Below the pieces are notes generated by a model that had not been told where the DNA came from, ran no database searches, and worked only from the letters and a program-made list of their open reading frames with translations. The position numbers and the translations under genes are program-made. From Klebsiella phage vB_KpnM-Bestiario, in the sequence record PV891801.1: 24,000 bases of DNA. The stretch is one strand, 5' to 3'. This document shows positions 1 through 9,051 of the stretch, piece after piece. Numbering within the stretch: position 1 is the first letter of the stretch; each line of letters opens with the position of its first letter.

Positions 1-87
1 GAATCCATCATACGCCGTGCCCGTGGAAAAGAATTAAATGAATTGGAAAAATACGGCTTTTCCTGGGGTGACGAATTATGCCAATGA
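1..87 (+). CDS. C-terminal end of a hypothetical protein entering from the left edge (...ESIIRRARGKELNELEKYGFSWGDELCQ*)
   Basis: Frame 1 is open from base 1 to TGA at 85-87; overlaps the next start codons at 78/84. Confidence 0.5.
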   Translation, partial: ESIIRRARGKELNELEKYGFSWGDELCQ

Positions 88-260
88 TCGCCTATTTTGT
101 GCTGTATATGACATATGCGGCAGGATTTTTGTATATGGTGCTGAACACTGATGTTATCTGGGAGTTTATTCATAAACAGTATATGAAAATCAAAACTCGC
201 TATACTGGAGTGGATATTGATTCGATCATCAAACAAGCTCGATCCCGTACCCGCCAATAA
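84..260 (+). CDS. Small membrane protein (start at 78 or 84)
   Basis: 60-aa ORF with a hydrophobic N-terminal helix (MIAYFVLYMTYAAGFLYMVL); ATG at 84 overlaps the upstream TGA. Confidence 0.5.
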   Translation: MIAYFVLYMTYAAGFLYMVLNTDVIWEFIHKQYMKIKTRYTGVDIDSIIKQARSRTRQ

Positions 261-275
261 TTTATTGAAGTCTTT

Positions 276-304
276 GGGGTTATAATTGGATTACAAATAA
301 CCCC
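276..304 (+). promoter_or_regulatory. Leader hairpin immediately upstream of the ligase Shine-Dalgarno; loop side contains a perfect TATAAT
   Basis: GGGGTTAT (276-283) pairs with ATAACCCC (297-304); TATAAT at 281-286; SD-like GGAG at 305-308, ATG at 316. Confidence 0.35.
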
Positions 305-315
305 GGAGACTCAAG

Positions 316-1737
316 ATGATTCCTCTGTTAGAAGCAATTCACACTCTTCGTGAAACCAAAGGCACCAATGCCAAGAAAGAAGTCCTGACCCAGATTTTGA
401 AAGAAAATCCGGACATGATCGACTTTCTTCAGTATGTGTATGACCCACTTCTTTCTTATTATCGTACAAAGTTTTTACCGAATGCGTTCCCTCGTATGCT
501 GTCGCGCGGCGTCGTCGGTAGCTGGGATCAGGTGTACGATGTTCTTGACCAGATGAGCGAACGTACCCTCAGCGGGCAGAAAGCCGATCATGAATTATCG
601 AAAGCGGCGACCAATATTCACCCGGATTACCACGAACTCATCCAGATGATCCTGGACAGGGACATTAAAGCCGGTATTGCTGAAAAGGGCATCAATGCGG
701 CATTCAACGCAGCGGGCGGGACCGGGCGGCTGATCAACATACTCCCCTATCATCGTTATGACAACATGACGATTGACCTGCTGAAGAAGATGGACTTCCG
801 GCGCGGGGTTTACAGTCAGCTGAAATCAGACGGCATGTTTGCCAACATCATCTGCCGGCACGGAAAAGAACCCGAAATTCGTTCCCGCTCCGGTTCTCTT
901 ATTGCTGGCGGCTCAGTGGACAACCTATCCCTGGTGTTTAAGGATATCATCTATGATGCTGGAGTTGGCGAGAGCGTGTTCCACGGGGAACTCTTGGTAG
1001 TAGACCTCAAACAAAATGCCATCCTGCCTCGTGCTGTCGGCAACGGTAAACTCAACAGCGTGATCCAGACGGGGGAACCTTTACCGGAACAATTCCAGGT
1101 TATCTACCGGGTATGGGATATCGTTCCGTATGAAAAATGGTTCAATGCCGAGCGTGTTGATATCCCATATGAAGCCCGTTACAACATCATCTCCCAAATG
1201 TTTGACGATGATGGCCTGGTGCAAGTCCAGGAAACCCGTGTTGTTCATTCGTTTGCAGAAGCTGTCGAGCATTTCAAAGACGCGCTATCCCGTAAAGAAG
1301 AAGGCACGATCTGTAAGGCAGCAGATATGCCTTGGGAAGATGGTACGAGCAGCCAAGGTCTCAAACTCAAAATGGAAATTGAGTGTGATCTGGAGATTAT
1401 CGGATTTAATCCCGCTGACGCCAAAGGCAAGCATTCCAAGACGTTTGGGTCGCTACTTTGTAAGACCTCCGATAGTTTACTCATCGTTGGCGTCTCGGGG
1501 ATATCAGATGATCTCAGGAAGTATATGTGGGAACACCAAGACGAGTTCCTGGGTAAGATCGCCGCCGTCCTCTCCAATGGCGTACAGGACAAAACAGATG
1601 ATTCTTTGAAATCCTTGTTCCTACCCCGGCTGGTTGAAGTTCGTATTGACAAGAAAGTTGCTAATACGCTCGATGAAGTCTATGAGATTCAAAAAGCGTA
1701 TGTTGAAAACATTCTGGTTCTGTTGGAGGCAGCATGA
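316..1737 (+). CDS. 30: ATP-dependent DNA ligase, T4 gp30-like
   Basis: 473 aa; nucleotidyltransferase motif I LKSDG, R-S-R-S-G, EGTICKAA and LKMEIECDLEIIGF, in the order seen in T4 gp30. Confidence 0.9.
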   Translation: MIPLLEAIHTLRETKGTNAKKEVLTQILKENPDMIDFLQYVYDPLLSYYRTKFLPNAFPRMLSRGVVGSWDQVYDVLDQMSERTLSGQKADHELSKAATNIHPDYHELIQMILDRDIKAGIAEKGINAAFNAAGGTGRLINILPYHRYDNMTIDLLKKMDFRRGVYSQLKSDGMFANIICRHGKEPEIRSRSGSLIAGGSVDNLSLVFKDIIYDAGVGESVFHGELLVVDLKQNAILPRAVGNGKLNSVIQTGEPLPEQFQVIYRVWDIVPYEKWFNAERVDIPYEARYNIISQMFDDDGLVQVQETRVVHSFAEAVEHFKDALSRKEEGTICKAADMPWEDGTSSQGLKLKMEIECDLEIIGFNPADAKGKHSKTFGSLLCKTSDSLLIVGVSGISDDLRKYMWEHQDEFLGKIAAVLSNGVQDKTDDSLKSLFLPRLVEVRIDKKVANTLDEVYEIQKAYVENILVLLEAA

Positions 1738-2198
1738 ACAAAGACAGCATTGAAATGAAATGGAGAGATCTCGCTCTCCAGTTCGATGGCCATCGCATGC
1801 AGGCAATTTGTTTCCTGAAACATATCCTGAGCGAATTACCGGAAACCGAGTTCACAGAAGCCCGTGAATTCTTGAAAGCTGCCCCGATTCCTGGTGAAGA
1901 AATCCTACATCAAAGATTGGAAGAAATTTCTATCCCAGAAATCTATGCGGAGTTGTACCGTTTGCGTGAAGAAATAAAAGGACCAGATGGATTTGAGACC
2001 TGGAAAGACGCCGCTTTAGAAGAAAAGAAGGCAAGAATTGAACTACAAAGGTCTATAAGCCAATTGGGTGGGGACATCGATTATCTCACTGCCATGGCTG
2101 CTTTCCATTCAGACCAATGGCATAAAATGGACCCCATCACAGGGTATATGAATGGATGGAACGCGCGCGGATTGTTGGCCAAAGGTGAGGTGATCTGA
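1734..2198 (+). CDS. Hypothetical protein (154 aa)
   Basis: ORF start overlaps the ligase stop as ATGA (1734-1737). Confidence 0.6.
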   Translation: MNKDSIEMKWRDLALQFDGHRMQAICFLKHILSELPETEFTEAREFLKAAPIPGEEILHQRLEEISIPEIYAELYRLREEIKGPDGFETWKDAALEEKKARIELQRSISQLGGDIDYLTAMAAFHSDQWHKMDPITGYMNGWNARGLLAKGEVI

Positions 2199-2455
2199 TG
2201 GATGAGCTATTCACGCTGGTTTGTACAATGACGTTCCTGCTGTCCCTGGTTATCAGCTCGTTGTGTGCCCTGCTGGTGTGGATAGCGTTCCCTGAAGTTG
2301 CCAAATATAAAATCTTCATGTTTTTAGCCATTATTGTCATGAGTTTTATTTTAACAATTCACTATGCCAAGCAGGATTATAATCCTGACAAACGTTATTC
2401 TTCATTGGCGGAGAGATATCATGGCTTCGAATTTAAAGACATTACCAGAAAATGA
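2198..2455 (+). CDS. Small membrane protein, two predicted TM helices
   Basis: 85-aa ORF, 1-nt overlap with the previous stop; hydrophobic segments LVCTMTFLLSLVISSLCALLVWIAF and IFMFLAIIVMSFILTI. Confidence 0.55.
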   Translation: MDELFTLVCTMTFLLSLVISSLCALLVWIAFPEVAKYKIFMFLAIIVMSFILTIHYAKQDYNPDKRYSSLAERYHGFEFKDITRK

Positions 2456-2681
2456 TTCTGAATATTTGCGTCGAGTTGTTTTGGAACTGGGCGTGAACTA
2501 TAGCGGAATGGCCAGATTATTAGATTGTTCGAACGCAGTCGGATTCTGGAAGAAAGGCTATCGTCGGATACCCAAAGCATTCCGCCGGGCGATCTTGATG
2601 CTGAAATTTATCAATCAAAAAGGACTCATGTCTGAGTTCTTGAGATATGTGGGTGAACAGGAGAAACAAAATGGTAACTGA
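2421..2681 (+). CDS. Small helix-turn-helix-like protein
   Basis: Likely start MASNLKT at 2421 (ORF open from 2364); LGVNYSGMARLLDCSNAVGFWKKGYRRIP looks like a Cro/XRE-type HTH. Confidence 0.5.
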   Translation: MASNLKTLPENDSEYLRRVVLELGVNYSGMARLLDCSNAVGFWKKGYRRIPKAFRRAILMLKFINQKGLMSEFLRYVGEQEKQNGN

Positions 2682-3333
2682 ATGGGAAAAGATGGAATAT
2701 GAACGGGCGTTTAACGTTTATTGTATCTTTATGGCCATCAAACTCCATTTCACGACCAAGGATTATGATTACGGTCTCTATGGCCCGATGAGCAATTACA
2801 AATTCGAAACATTCTTTGCCAAAGAAGGTATGCGGAAACAGTTTGCTCGATTGGCCCGGCGGTTTGAGACTTCTCAAGGCGAAGTTGTTGAGAATTATAT
2901 CATTGCAAATTTCATAAAGTCCCCCAAGACCTGGGTGACCACATTGTTGACTCGGCAGGCGCAAGAGAATTATAACGAATACCGGAAGCTGTATGACAAC
3001 TTCACATACCACTTCCTTGACTTTTTTGAAAAGAATATGATTCCGGAAATTGCCGGACGCGGTCTCACGTTCTTGGATTATCTTAAAGGCGACGGGCAAA
3101 ATCATCCGGCACTATTGACCGACATCATCATGAAAAAATATCCGATTTGGTTTCTGGTCGGGCTGAACAAAATAACCGGGTTCATCGCATTTTACGATAA
3201 ATTGTTGAAAGAAGACATTTATTGGAATTCAGAAGCGTTCTTGTTGAAGAAGACGGATGCGGTAGTACCCAATGAGAATACCGATTACGCCAAAAATAAA
3301 TTCCGTGAGATGATCCTTTCCCACGGAATTTGA
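2671..3333 (+). CDS. 59: Helicase loader, T4 gp59-like
   Basis: About 220 aa from MVTEWEK at 2671; pattern FNVYCIFMAIKLHFTTKDYDYGLYGPMSNYKFETFFAKEG...LARRF...YIIANFI...W resembles T4 gp59; located with replication genes. Confidence 0.7.
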   Translation: MVTEWEKMEYERAFNVYCIFMAIKLHFTTKDYDYGLYGPMSNYKFETFFAKEGMRKQFARLARRFETSQGEVVENYIIANFIKSPKTWVTTLLTRQAQENYNEYRKLYDNFTYHFLDFFEKNMIPEIAGRGLTFLDYLKGDGQNHPALLTDIIMKKYPIWFLVGLNKITGFIAFYDKLLKEDIYWNSEAFLLKKTDAVVPNENTDYAKNKFREMILSHGI

Positions 3334-3335
3334 TG

Positions 3336-5321
3336 TTACCAATCCCAGAGCAGACGAGTCTTGTCAGTCTGGTTGGAAGGTTCCAGATTGGTGCTGTTGA
3401 AGTTGTTTGTCGTGCTGACTTTCTTAGAGTTGTCAACATTCTGTTGGATCGGAGCGATTACAGAAGCGGGCGGCTGGCTGTACACAGACTGGATTTGTCC
3501 GATGTTATCCGCCGCCCGTCCCTGTGTCGGTTTCGCTGCACCAAGGCTTCCACCACCGATAGACCCATATGCTTCTTTCAACTGAGAAGTCTTGTCCGTG
3601 ACGTTCTCAGCATCTGACGTTACTCCCGAAGGAATGGGCGTCAGCGTCTGTGCATCCTGGTTAGGGAGTACCGGAGCCGTCGTCTGATCCTGTTTGACTT
3701 CAGGCGCTGCAGGATGTTGTTTCTGCTGGTCAGATTGTGGTACAGGACTATTGGTCGGCTCTTCCGTCCCGATCATCATAGCCTGACGCGCTTCATCCAT
3801 TTTCTTCCTAGCAGCTTCTCCGCCCAGAGCATCAGGGATAATGCTTACAAATTTGTCAACGATATCGAACATGGCATTGGTTATTGCGTTCAACATGTTG
3901 AAGAATGGCTTTTTCACATTCTCAGCAAACCCTTTCTTGATGCTGTCCAAAGTCTTGCTCGCAGCAGCAATCCCGTCATCAATGAATGAACTGATCCCGC
4001 CAGTGACCCAATCAACCAACTTGATGAGTTCACTCTGGAGGTTATCAGCCAACTTACCAGGGATATCAGTGAGAGAGGTGTTCTTGGTGATCCCGGCGAA
4101 CAGATCGTTGGATATCCAGTTGACGATGGAGTTAAGCCACTCAGCGGGCTTCTCAGAGATCCAGAGAGTGAACTGGCGGAACTTCTTGCCCATGTCAGTA
4201 TCAAACCCAAAGATCTTGGATACCCAATCGAACAAATCCCCAAAGCTGCCGACCAATTCGGTAATACCCGCCCGGACCCGGTCTACAATGGTTACGGATG
4301 CTTTTCCTAAAATCTCTTTGGCGTTGATAAATCCTTTACCGAATTCAAATACAGAAGAGATTAATGCCAGCGGACCGATCTTTAAGAATTTCAAAACTTT
4401 ACCAAATGGACCCAGGAGCTTAACAATCCCTTCCCCAATCTTGGAGAACATACCAATGAATGCGCCCACAGCCCAACCGATCGCCTTGAACGGTTTCAGG
4501 AGGAACCCTTTGAGGGCGTTGAGGCCTAACATAGCGGCTATGGCAGCACCTATCCCTGATGAGTTCTCGTCTTTCTGGTCATCATCTTTTGGGATGATGG
4601 AAGTCGCCCGTGGATTGTTCTTACCTTCTTTCCCTTCCTCGCCCCGGCGCATCTCTTCCTTTTCACGCCATTTCTCGTTGCTGTCAAAAATACGGACAAG
4701 AGCATTAACAATATGACCACCAGTCTTTCCTATTTTCTTCTCAATGGAAGATAACCGGATCAGTTGTTCTGAAGAGTTCTTGTCGATACCTTCTGTATTC
4801 CATCTGACTTCATCCAGAGTGTCGCCAATACGATTCAAATCTGAACTGATACCGACAAGAGTTCCTTCCTGATTGTCCAACCGCTTGAGGCTGTCATCAT
4901 TGGCTGCTTTCAACTGATCTGATATCAGGTTCAAATATTCAGTATTGGTATCATCAGCGGGCTGGCGGATAAGGTCCCCAAGACGGTCAACCTTCTCGCC
5001 GATTTTCATCAACTCTTCGTTACCATCAACAGCAACATCAACGGTATCTTTCATCCAAATACCATAGTCTCGAGTGAATATCGGACTCACTCGAGCGAAG
5101 CCATTGACGAAGTCGTTGACCGAAGGAATTTTGAACTGGAATTCTGGAACTTCTTTCTGCTTTTCAGCAGTCTGTAGTTTCTCCAGATTTTTGTTCATCT
5201 TCACCAGCTGCTTGTTGGTCTCATTTTGAGCGCGGAGTTGTTTCCTCTCCATGATCTCTTTCTTGATCTTGTCAAGAACTTGAGCAACTTCAGTCTGGGA
5301 TGTTTGTGCTGGCTCAGCCAT
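3336..5321 (-). CDS. Large tail protein, tape-measure/baseplate-hub-like
   Basis: 661 aa; N-terminal coiled-coil-like region, long central hydrophobic/amphipathic segment (GFLLKPFKAIGWAVGAFIGMFSKIGEGIVKLLGPFGKVL...), low-complexity C-terminus; sits directly downstream of gp27-like gene. Confidence 0.5.
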   Translation of the reverse strand: MAEPAQTSQTEVAQVLDKIKKEIMERKQLRAQNETNKQLVKMNKNLEKLQTAEKQKEVPEFQFKIPSVNDFVNGFARVSPIFTRDYGIWMKDTVDVAVDGNEELMKIGEKVDRLGDLIRQPADDTNTEYLNLISDQLKAANDDSLKRLDNQEGTLVGISSDLNRIGDTLDEVRWNTEGIDKNSSEQLIRLSSIEKKIGKTGGHIVNALVRIFDSNEKWREKEEMRRGEEGKEGKNNPRATSIIPKDDDQKDENSSGIGAAIAAMLGLNALKGFLLKPFKAIGWAVGAFIGMFSKIGEGIVKLLGPFGKVLKFLKIGPLALISSVFEFGKGFINAKEILGKASVTIVDRVRAGITELVGSFGDLFDWVSKIFGFDTDMGKKFRQFTLWISEKPAEWLNSIVNWISNDLFAGITKNTSLTDIPGKLADNLQSELIKLVDWVTGGISSFIDDGIAAASKTLDSIKKGFAENVKKPFFNMLNAITNAMFDIVDKFVSIIPDALGGEAARKKMDEARQAMMIGTEEPTNSPVPQSDQQKQHPAAPEVKQDQTTAPVLPNQDAQTLTPIPSGVTSDAENVTDKTSQLKEAYGSIGGGSLGAAKPTQGRAADNIGQIQSVYSQPPASVIAPIQQNVDNSKKVSTTNNFNSTNLEPSNQTDKTRLLWDW

Positions 5322-5331
5322 GGCTCACCTC

Positions 5332-6720
5332 TTACACCTTCTGTGATTGTCCTTTGTCAACAGGGACTGGCGTCGGTTGAGATGCAACAGCCTGATTTGT
5401 CTGAGGAGGCAGAACCTTCTCAATCATACTGTCTTTAGCGATCTCAGCAACACATTGATAATCGTTAGTCAGGCGTGAAATTTTATGACGAATTTTCGTT
5501 ATAATATAATGGCCTGATGATAACTTACTTAACTCAGCCAGGTTTTCATTTTGTTTCGGTCTGTTTGACAGATCTTCGATATAATACACTTGACCAACAT
5601 TCAGACGATTGTCACCAACCAAAAGCAAACGCATGACCGTAGATGCCAGACTGAATTTGATAACACGTTTTGCATAATCAACCTGCTCAGCACCATCTGG
5701 TTGCGCTTCAAGATAACGAACGTTCTCACGATTAAATTCGTCAGAGAACAACGGATATGGATCCAGATGCGCTGTTTCAGCAAACCATTCGGTGTACACA
5801 CGAGAAGTAGGCGTGACAGTTTTCGTTCTGAAATCATACACCCTTTCGTCTACAGCCAGGACATCATGATAATTCGCCATGAATTGGTCACGGGCCAATT
5901 TCTTTTCTGCTTTGATTATCGTCCTCATGAAACGCTCAGAGTTGAAGTTGTTGTTTTGCAGCAACGGGGCGTCCTGGGGATCACGGAAGAATTTCTTTTC
6001 AAGAGCGGCTTCTTGTTTTTCTTCAGCGGTCATAGTCTGATTACCTTGGTTGAACAAAGTAGTCAGACTTTTGAAATGATATCCTGTGAAATCTTCATAG
6101 AAAACAAATGGCATGAATATCTCATCATAAGACCGCCGGGCCATGTAATCAATGCTCTTGAGTACAGGCCAAAGCGGTGTTGCGAATCGTTCTTGAATAC
6201 CATAAGTTGGATCTATGTCTTCAAATTTAGTTCGTGACTCGAGCATCTCAAATATCTTCGCCGCCATATCGGAATATGACCCTTGAAGCCCAACCGATTT
6301 ACGCAGCATGCTGTCTTTATATGCATCAGTTGTCACCAGGTGTAGCCAGAATGCTTTCTTGGCTGACGAATTTGACTCATCGGCAACACGCCCAACCCGG
6401 CTGACCCGGAAAGATAATGCGGTGTAATCTGTAGCCGCCGGAGATTTGAATGAAATCACGACTTCTTCACCACCAAGGATAGGCATCGTGTCCAGAATAT
6501 CCCAGCCTTCTTTGATCAACACATTGGCTGTCAATGATGGTGAAACATTCTCTTCCAAACCCAAATCTTGATAGATATTGAATTCTTGGAATAATGAAGT
6601 CAGATCATATGGCGTTGGGGTTCCTCCTTCCGGTGTATGAGGAAGGATGGCCATATATTTCAAATCAAACGTCGTGGACGGGGTTAAAATACCGTCTTGT
6701 GACTCTTTGTTCTCAATCAT
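5332..6720 (-). CDS. 27: Baseplate hub protein, T4 gp27-like
   Basis: 462 aa; hub-like domain layout (VLIKEGWDILDTMPILGGEEVVISFKSP; AFWLHLVTTDAYKD...; ERFATPLWPVLKSIDYMARRSY) and synteny with gp53/gp54-like genes. Confidence 0.65.
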   Translation of the reverse strand: MIENKESQDGILTPSTTFDLKYMAILPHTPEGGTPTPYDLTSLFQEFNIYQDLGLEENVSPSLTANVLIKEGWDILDTMPILGGEEVVISFKSPAATDYTALSFRVSRVGRVADESNSSAKKAFWLHLVTTDAYKDSMLRKSVGLQGSYSDMAAKIFEMLESRTKFEDIDPTYGIQERFATPLWPVLKSIDYMARRSYDEIFMPFVFYEDFTGYHFKSLTTLFNQGNQTMTAEEKQEAALEKKFFRDPQDAPLLQNNNFNSERFMRTIIKAEKKLARDQFMANYHDVLAVDERVYDFRTKTVTPTSRVYTEWFAETAHLDPYPLFSDEFNRENVRYLEAQPDGAEQVDYAKRVIKFSLASTVMRLLLVGDNRLNVGQVYYIEDLSNRPKQNENLAELSKLSSGHYIITKIRHKISRLTNDYQCVAEIAKDSMIEKVLPPQTNQAVASQPTPVPVDKGQSQKV

Positions 6721-7274
6721 TTACTCAGCTCCTGTTCCAGCTGGCTGACAAACATGGAAACATAATCAGGATCAAGGACTTGAATTGCACGTTTCGCCTG
6801 GTTTTTGTTGATGGCATCATCGTGGTATGATATCCCGGTCAAACCATAATTTGCAATGATTTGGGAATCATCCATACCGTCCAAACCGTAAGCCATACGG
6901 ATAGCTCTGGCATCTGTTTCATGCCCAAACTGATCTACATAGTATTTGATATCCCACATACCATCCAAACCGTATTGAGCGATCAATTCTTCAACAATCC
7001 GTTGTTCTGGTTTCGGCCAGTCGTTATTGATATCCATTATACTGTTGATCATACATGGTATCCAAAACAGCTCGAAGGAGCCATAGACACGCTCTGCAAA
7101 GGACCTTGGGGTTTCCCCATCATAGATGTTATACGGCAGGAGAAGCCCTTCGATGTCCTTAATCTTCTGTATGATCATCACACGGCGCGATAGGTTCTGT
7201 AATAAAACCTGATCATCCTGCTGACAATCAATTAGCTGATGCCAGACGAGGGGGAATTTCTCAAAGAATTTCAT
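6717..7274 (-). CDS. 53: Baseplate wedge protein, T4 gp53-like
   Basis: 185 aa; PRSFAERVYGSFELFWIPCMINSIMDINNDWPKP matches the gp53 pattern (RPEELANAIYGNPQLYWVLLMCNDNYDPYYGW); overlaps the next gene by 4 nt. Confidence 0.75.
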   Translation of the reverse strand: MKFFEKFPLVWHQLIDCQQDDQVLLQNLSRRVMIIQKIKDIEGLLLPYNIYDGETPRSFAERVYGSFELFWIPCMINSIMDINNDWPKPEQRIVEELIAQYGLDGMWDIKYYVDQFGHETDARAIRMAYGLDGMDDSQIIANYGLTGISYHDDAINKNQAKRAIQVLDPDYVSMFVSQLEQELSK

Positions 7275-7288
7275 AATCGTCTCCTGGA

Positions 7289-8257
7289 TTAGAAGCTGTC
7301 GCCTTCGGTATCAAAGCGGCCTTTGTGCAGAGGTTCCAATTCGATAAATGTCATGTCAATTTGGGTAGACACGATGCTATCATCTTTGTGGACTGCATAC
7401 GACGAATCCGGGGTTTCGTTGACGAACATGTTTGACAGAACGCATGTCGAAATCCGGTGCAACCATTTGTTGCGTTCACCTTGCACCATGAATGTAATAT
7501 CAAATGTCGATGGGTGAAGGTAAAACGCGCTGGAGTTCTTGTTGTATTTGTATTCAGGATACATATGCATCTTGAACAGACGAATGATCTCCCTGACCAT
7601 TTTGGCTTCTTTCTGAGAGCGCGGCGTGAATTTGAAAGTGAATGGGATTTCACGGTTTCGCACTCCCTGGAATATCATTTCCACGTATGGATTCGTCATA
7701 GTGCCGGTGAACAACTCCAGAGTGTCATGAGCGTTAATCGTCGGAAGGAACGGGATAGACTCTGAAGCCGATTGGATAGCCTTGGTGGCAGCAAATCGCC
7801 CCATCTCCTTCCCAACGTTGAGAGCATCACCGAGTTTGAACTGGCTCATATCCTGGGCAGCGCGGGAAAGGAATTGGGCACCCATACCAGCTAGACCCAA
7901 CTCAGAGCCGTTCCAGCCGACGCCATAGTTGGTAGTGATGGATTCGGGCATACACAGTACAATGGACTCATTAGAACGCACGTGACGCGCCCAGGCATAT
8001 TTGCTGATGGACCCTGATTTGGTACCATACACAACAGGGGTATTACCCAGCGGGTTCTGGATAGGGTTCTGAACCGTCTGTGTTGCGGTGCTTCCATAAG
8101 AAGAACCAGAGATCCTGTTGATGTTGAACAGAACATAATGGCCAAGGGTTTTACCCCCGGTGATATCCAGCGGATAGACCAATTGTTTCTGGGCCTGTGT
8201 CAAGCCTTTGGTGTTCAGAACTTTGATCTTATCCAGGGTAGACTTGAAATTCGCCAT
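7289..8257 (-). CDS. 54: Baseplate tail-tube junction protein, T4 gp54-like
   Basis: 322 aa; YPLDITGGKTLGHYVLFNIN...; NPYVEMIFQGVRNREIPFTFKFTPRSQKEAKMVREIIRLFKMHMYPE is characteristic of gp54-like proteins. Confidence 0.8.
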   Translation of the reverse strand: MANFKSTLDKIKVLNTKGLTQAQKQLVYPLDITGGKTLGHYVLFNINRISGSSYGSTATQTVQNPIQNPLGNTPVVYGTKSGSISKYAWARHVRSNESIVLCMPESITTNYGVGWNGSELGLAGMGAQFLSRAAQDMSQFKLGDALNVGKEMGRFAATKAIQSASESIPFLPTINAHDTLELFTGTMTNPYVEMIFQGVRNREIPFTFKFTPRSQKEAKMVREIIRLFKMHMYPEYKYNKNSSAFYLHPSTFDITFMVQGERNKWLHRISTCVLSNMFVNETPDSSYAVHKDDSIVSTQIDMTFIELEPLHKGRFDTEGDSF

Positions 8258-8293
8258 GGTCTTCAGCCCTTAATTAGAAATAGAATGTTGACA

Positions 8294-8301
8294 CTATTTA
8301 G
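8294..8301 (-). promoter_or_regulatory. Possible late promoter -10 element (CTAAATAG)
   Basis: Minus strand reads TCCTAAATAGTG about 40 nt upstream of the gp54-like ATG; resembles the T4 late element TATAAATA (6 of 8 when aligned as CCTAAATA). Confidence 0.35.
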
Positions 8302-8310
8302 GACTCAATT

Positions 8311-9051
8311 ATGGCTATGTATCTTGTATACCAAATAACCAATCTCGTAAACAACAAAATATACGTCGGTGTTCACAAAGGAACACCAGACGATGGTTAT
8401 ATGGGATCTGGTCGTGTCATAATCAGGGCGATTTCAAAATACGGGGTGGAGAACTTTCGTAAAGATATATTGAAAGTTTGCGAGACATCAGAAGAAATGT
8501 ATGAAGAAGAATCCAAAATTGTAACACAAGAATTTATAAACAGGGATGACACATATAATTTGACATGTGGTGGGTACGGGTCATTTTCACACATAAATTC
8601 AGACCCTTTGATCAGAGCAAAGGCTTCAGAAAAGGCACTCAAAACATTAAATCTAAAACCAAAAGAGGAATTAGAAAGAATTTACAAATCTAGGGGATTC
8701 CCTGGAGAAAGAAATTTTTGGTTTGGTAAGAACAGATCTGGCGAGAACAACCCAAGATTTGGTTGCGTGGTAGATCAAACAACCAGGGAAAAGATACGTG
8801 CATCTAATAAAAGGCTAGTTGAAGCTGGTTTGGTTGATTTTTCTAATTGTAAAGGGCCAACCACGGAGGAAGGGAAGAACGCCATCTCTAAGGCCAATGC
8901 GAGGGAATTCAAATTTATTGACCCTGAAGGTAAAATAGTCAATATTATTAACCTCGCAAAATTCTGTAAAGAATATGGATTGAGCGAAGGTGCTATGAGA
9001 CACGTACATAATGGCAGGAATATTAAACACAAAGGTTGGAGGAAAGCGTAA
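8311..9051 (+). CDS. Free-standing GIY-YIG homing endonuclease with NUMOD-type DNA-binding repeats
   Basis: 246 aa; VYQITNLVNNKIYVGVHK GIY-YIG core, GENNPRFG NUMOD3-like, and C-terminal FIDPEGKIVNIINLAKFCKEYGLSEGAMRHVHNGRNIKHKGWRK NUMOD1-like. Confidence 0.88.
   Translation: MAMYLVYQITNLVNNKIYVGVHKGTPDDGYMGSGRVIIRAISKYGVENFRKDILKVCETSEEMYEEESKIVTQEFINRDDTYNLTCGGYGSFSHINSDPLIRAKASEKALKTLNLKPKEELERIYKSRGFPGERNFWFGKNRSGENNPRFGCVVDQTTREKIRASNKRLVEAGLVDFSNCKGPTTEEGKNAISKANAREFKFIDPEGKIVNIINLAKFCKEYGLSEGAMRHVHNGRNIKHKGWRKA

Noticed and set aside
1081-1855. Minus-strand ORFs of 61-135 aa within the ligase gene
   Set aside because: Antisense shadow ORFs of a confidently identified ligase.
3841-4716. 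291-aa + strand ORF
   Set aside because: Antisense to the 661-aa tail protein; no recognisable motifs and no upstream operon context.
8288-8316. TTGACA at 8288-8293 as a sigma70 promoter for the endonuclease
   Set aside because: No -10-like hexamer at 16-18 nt spacing; that position coincides with the ATG region.
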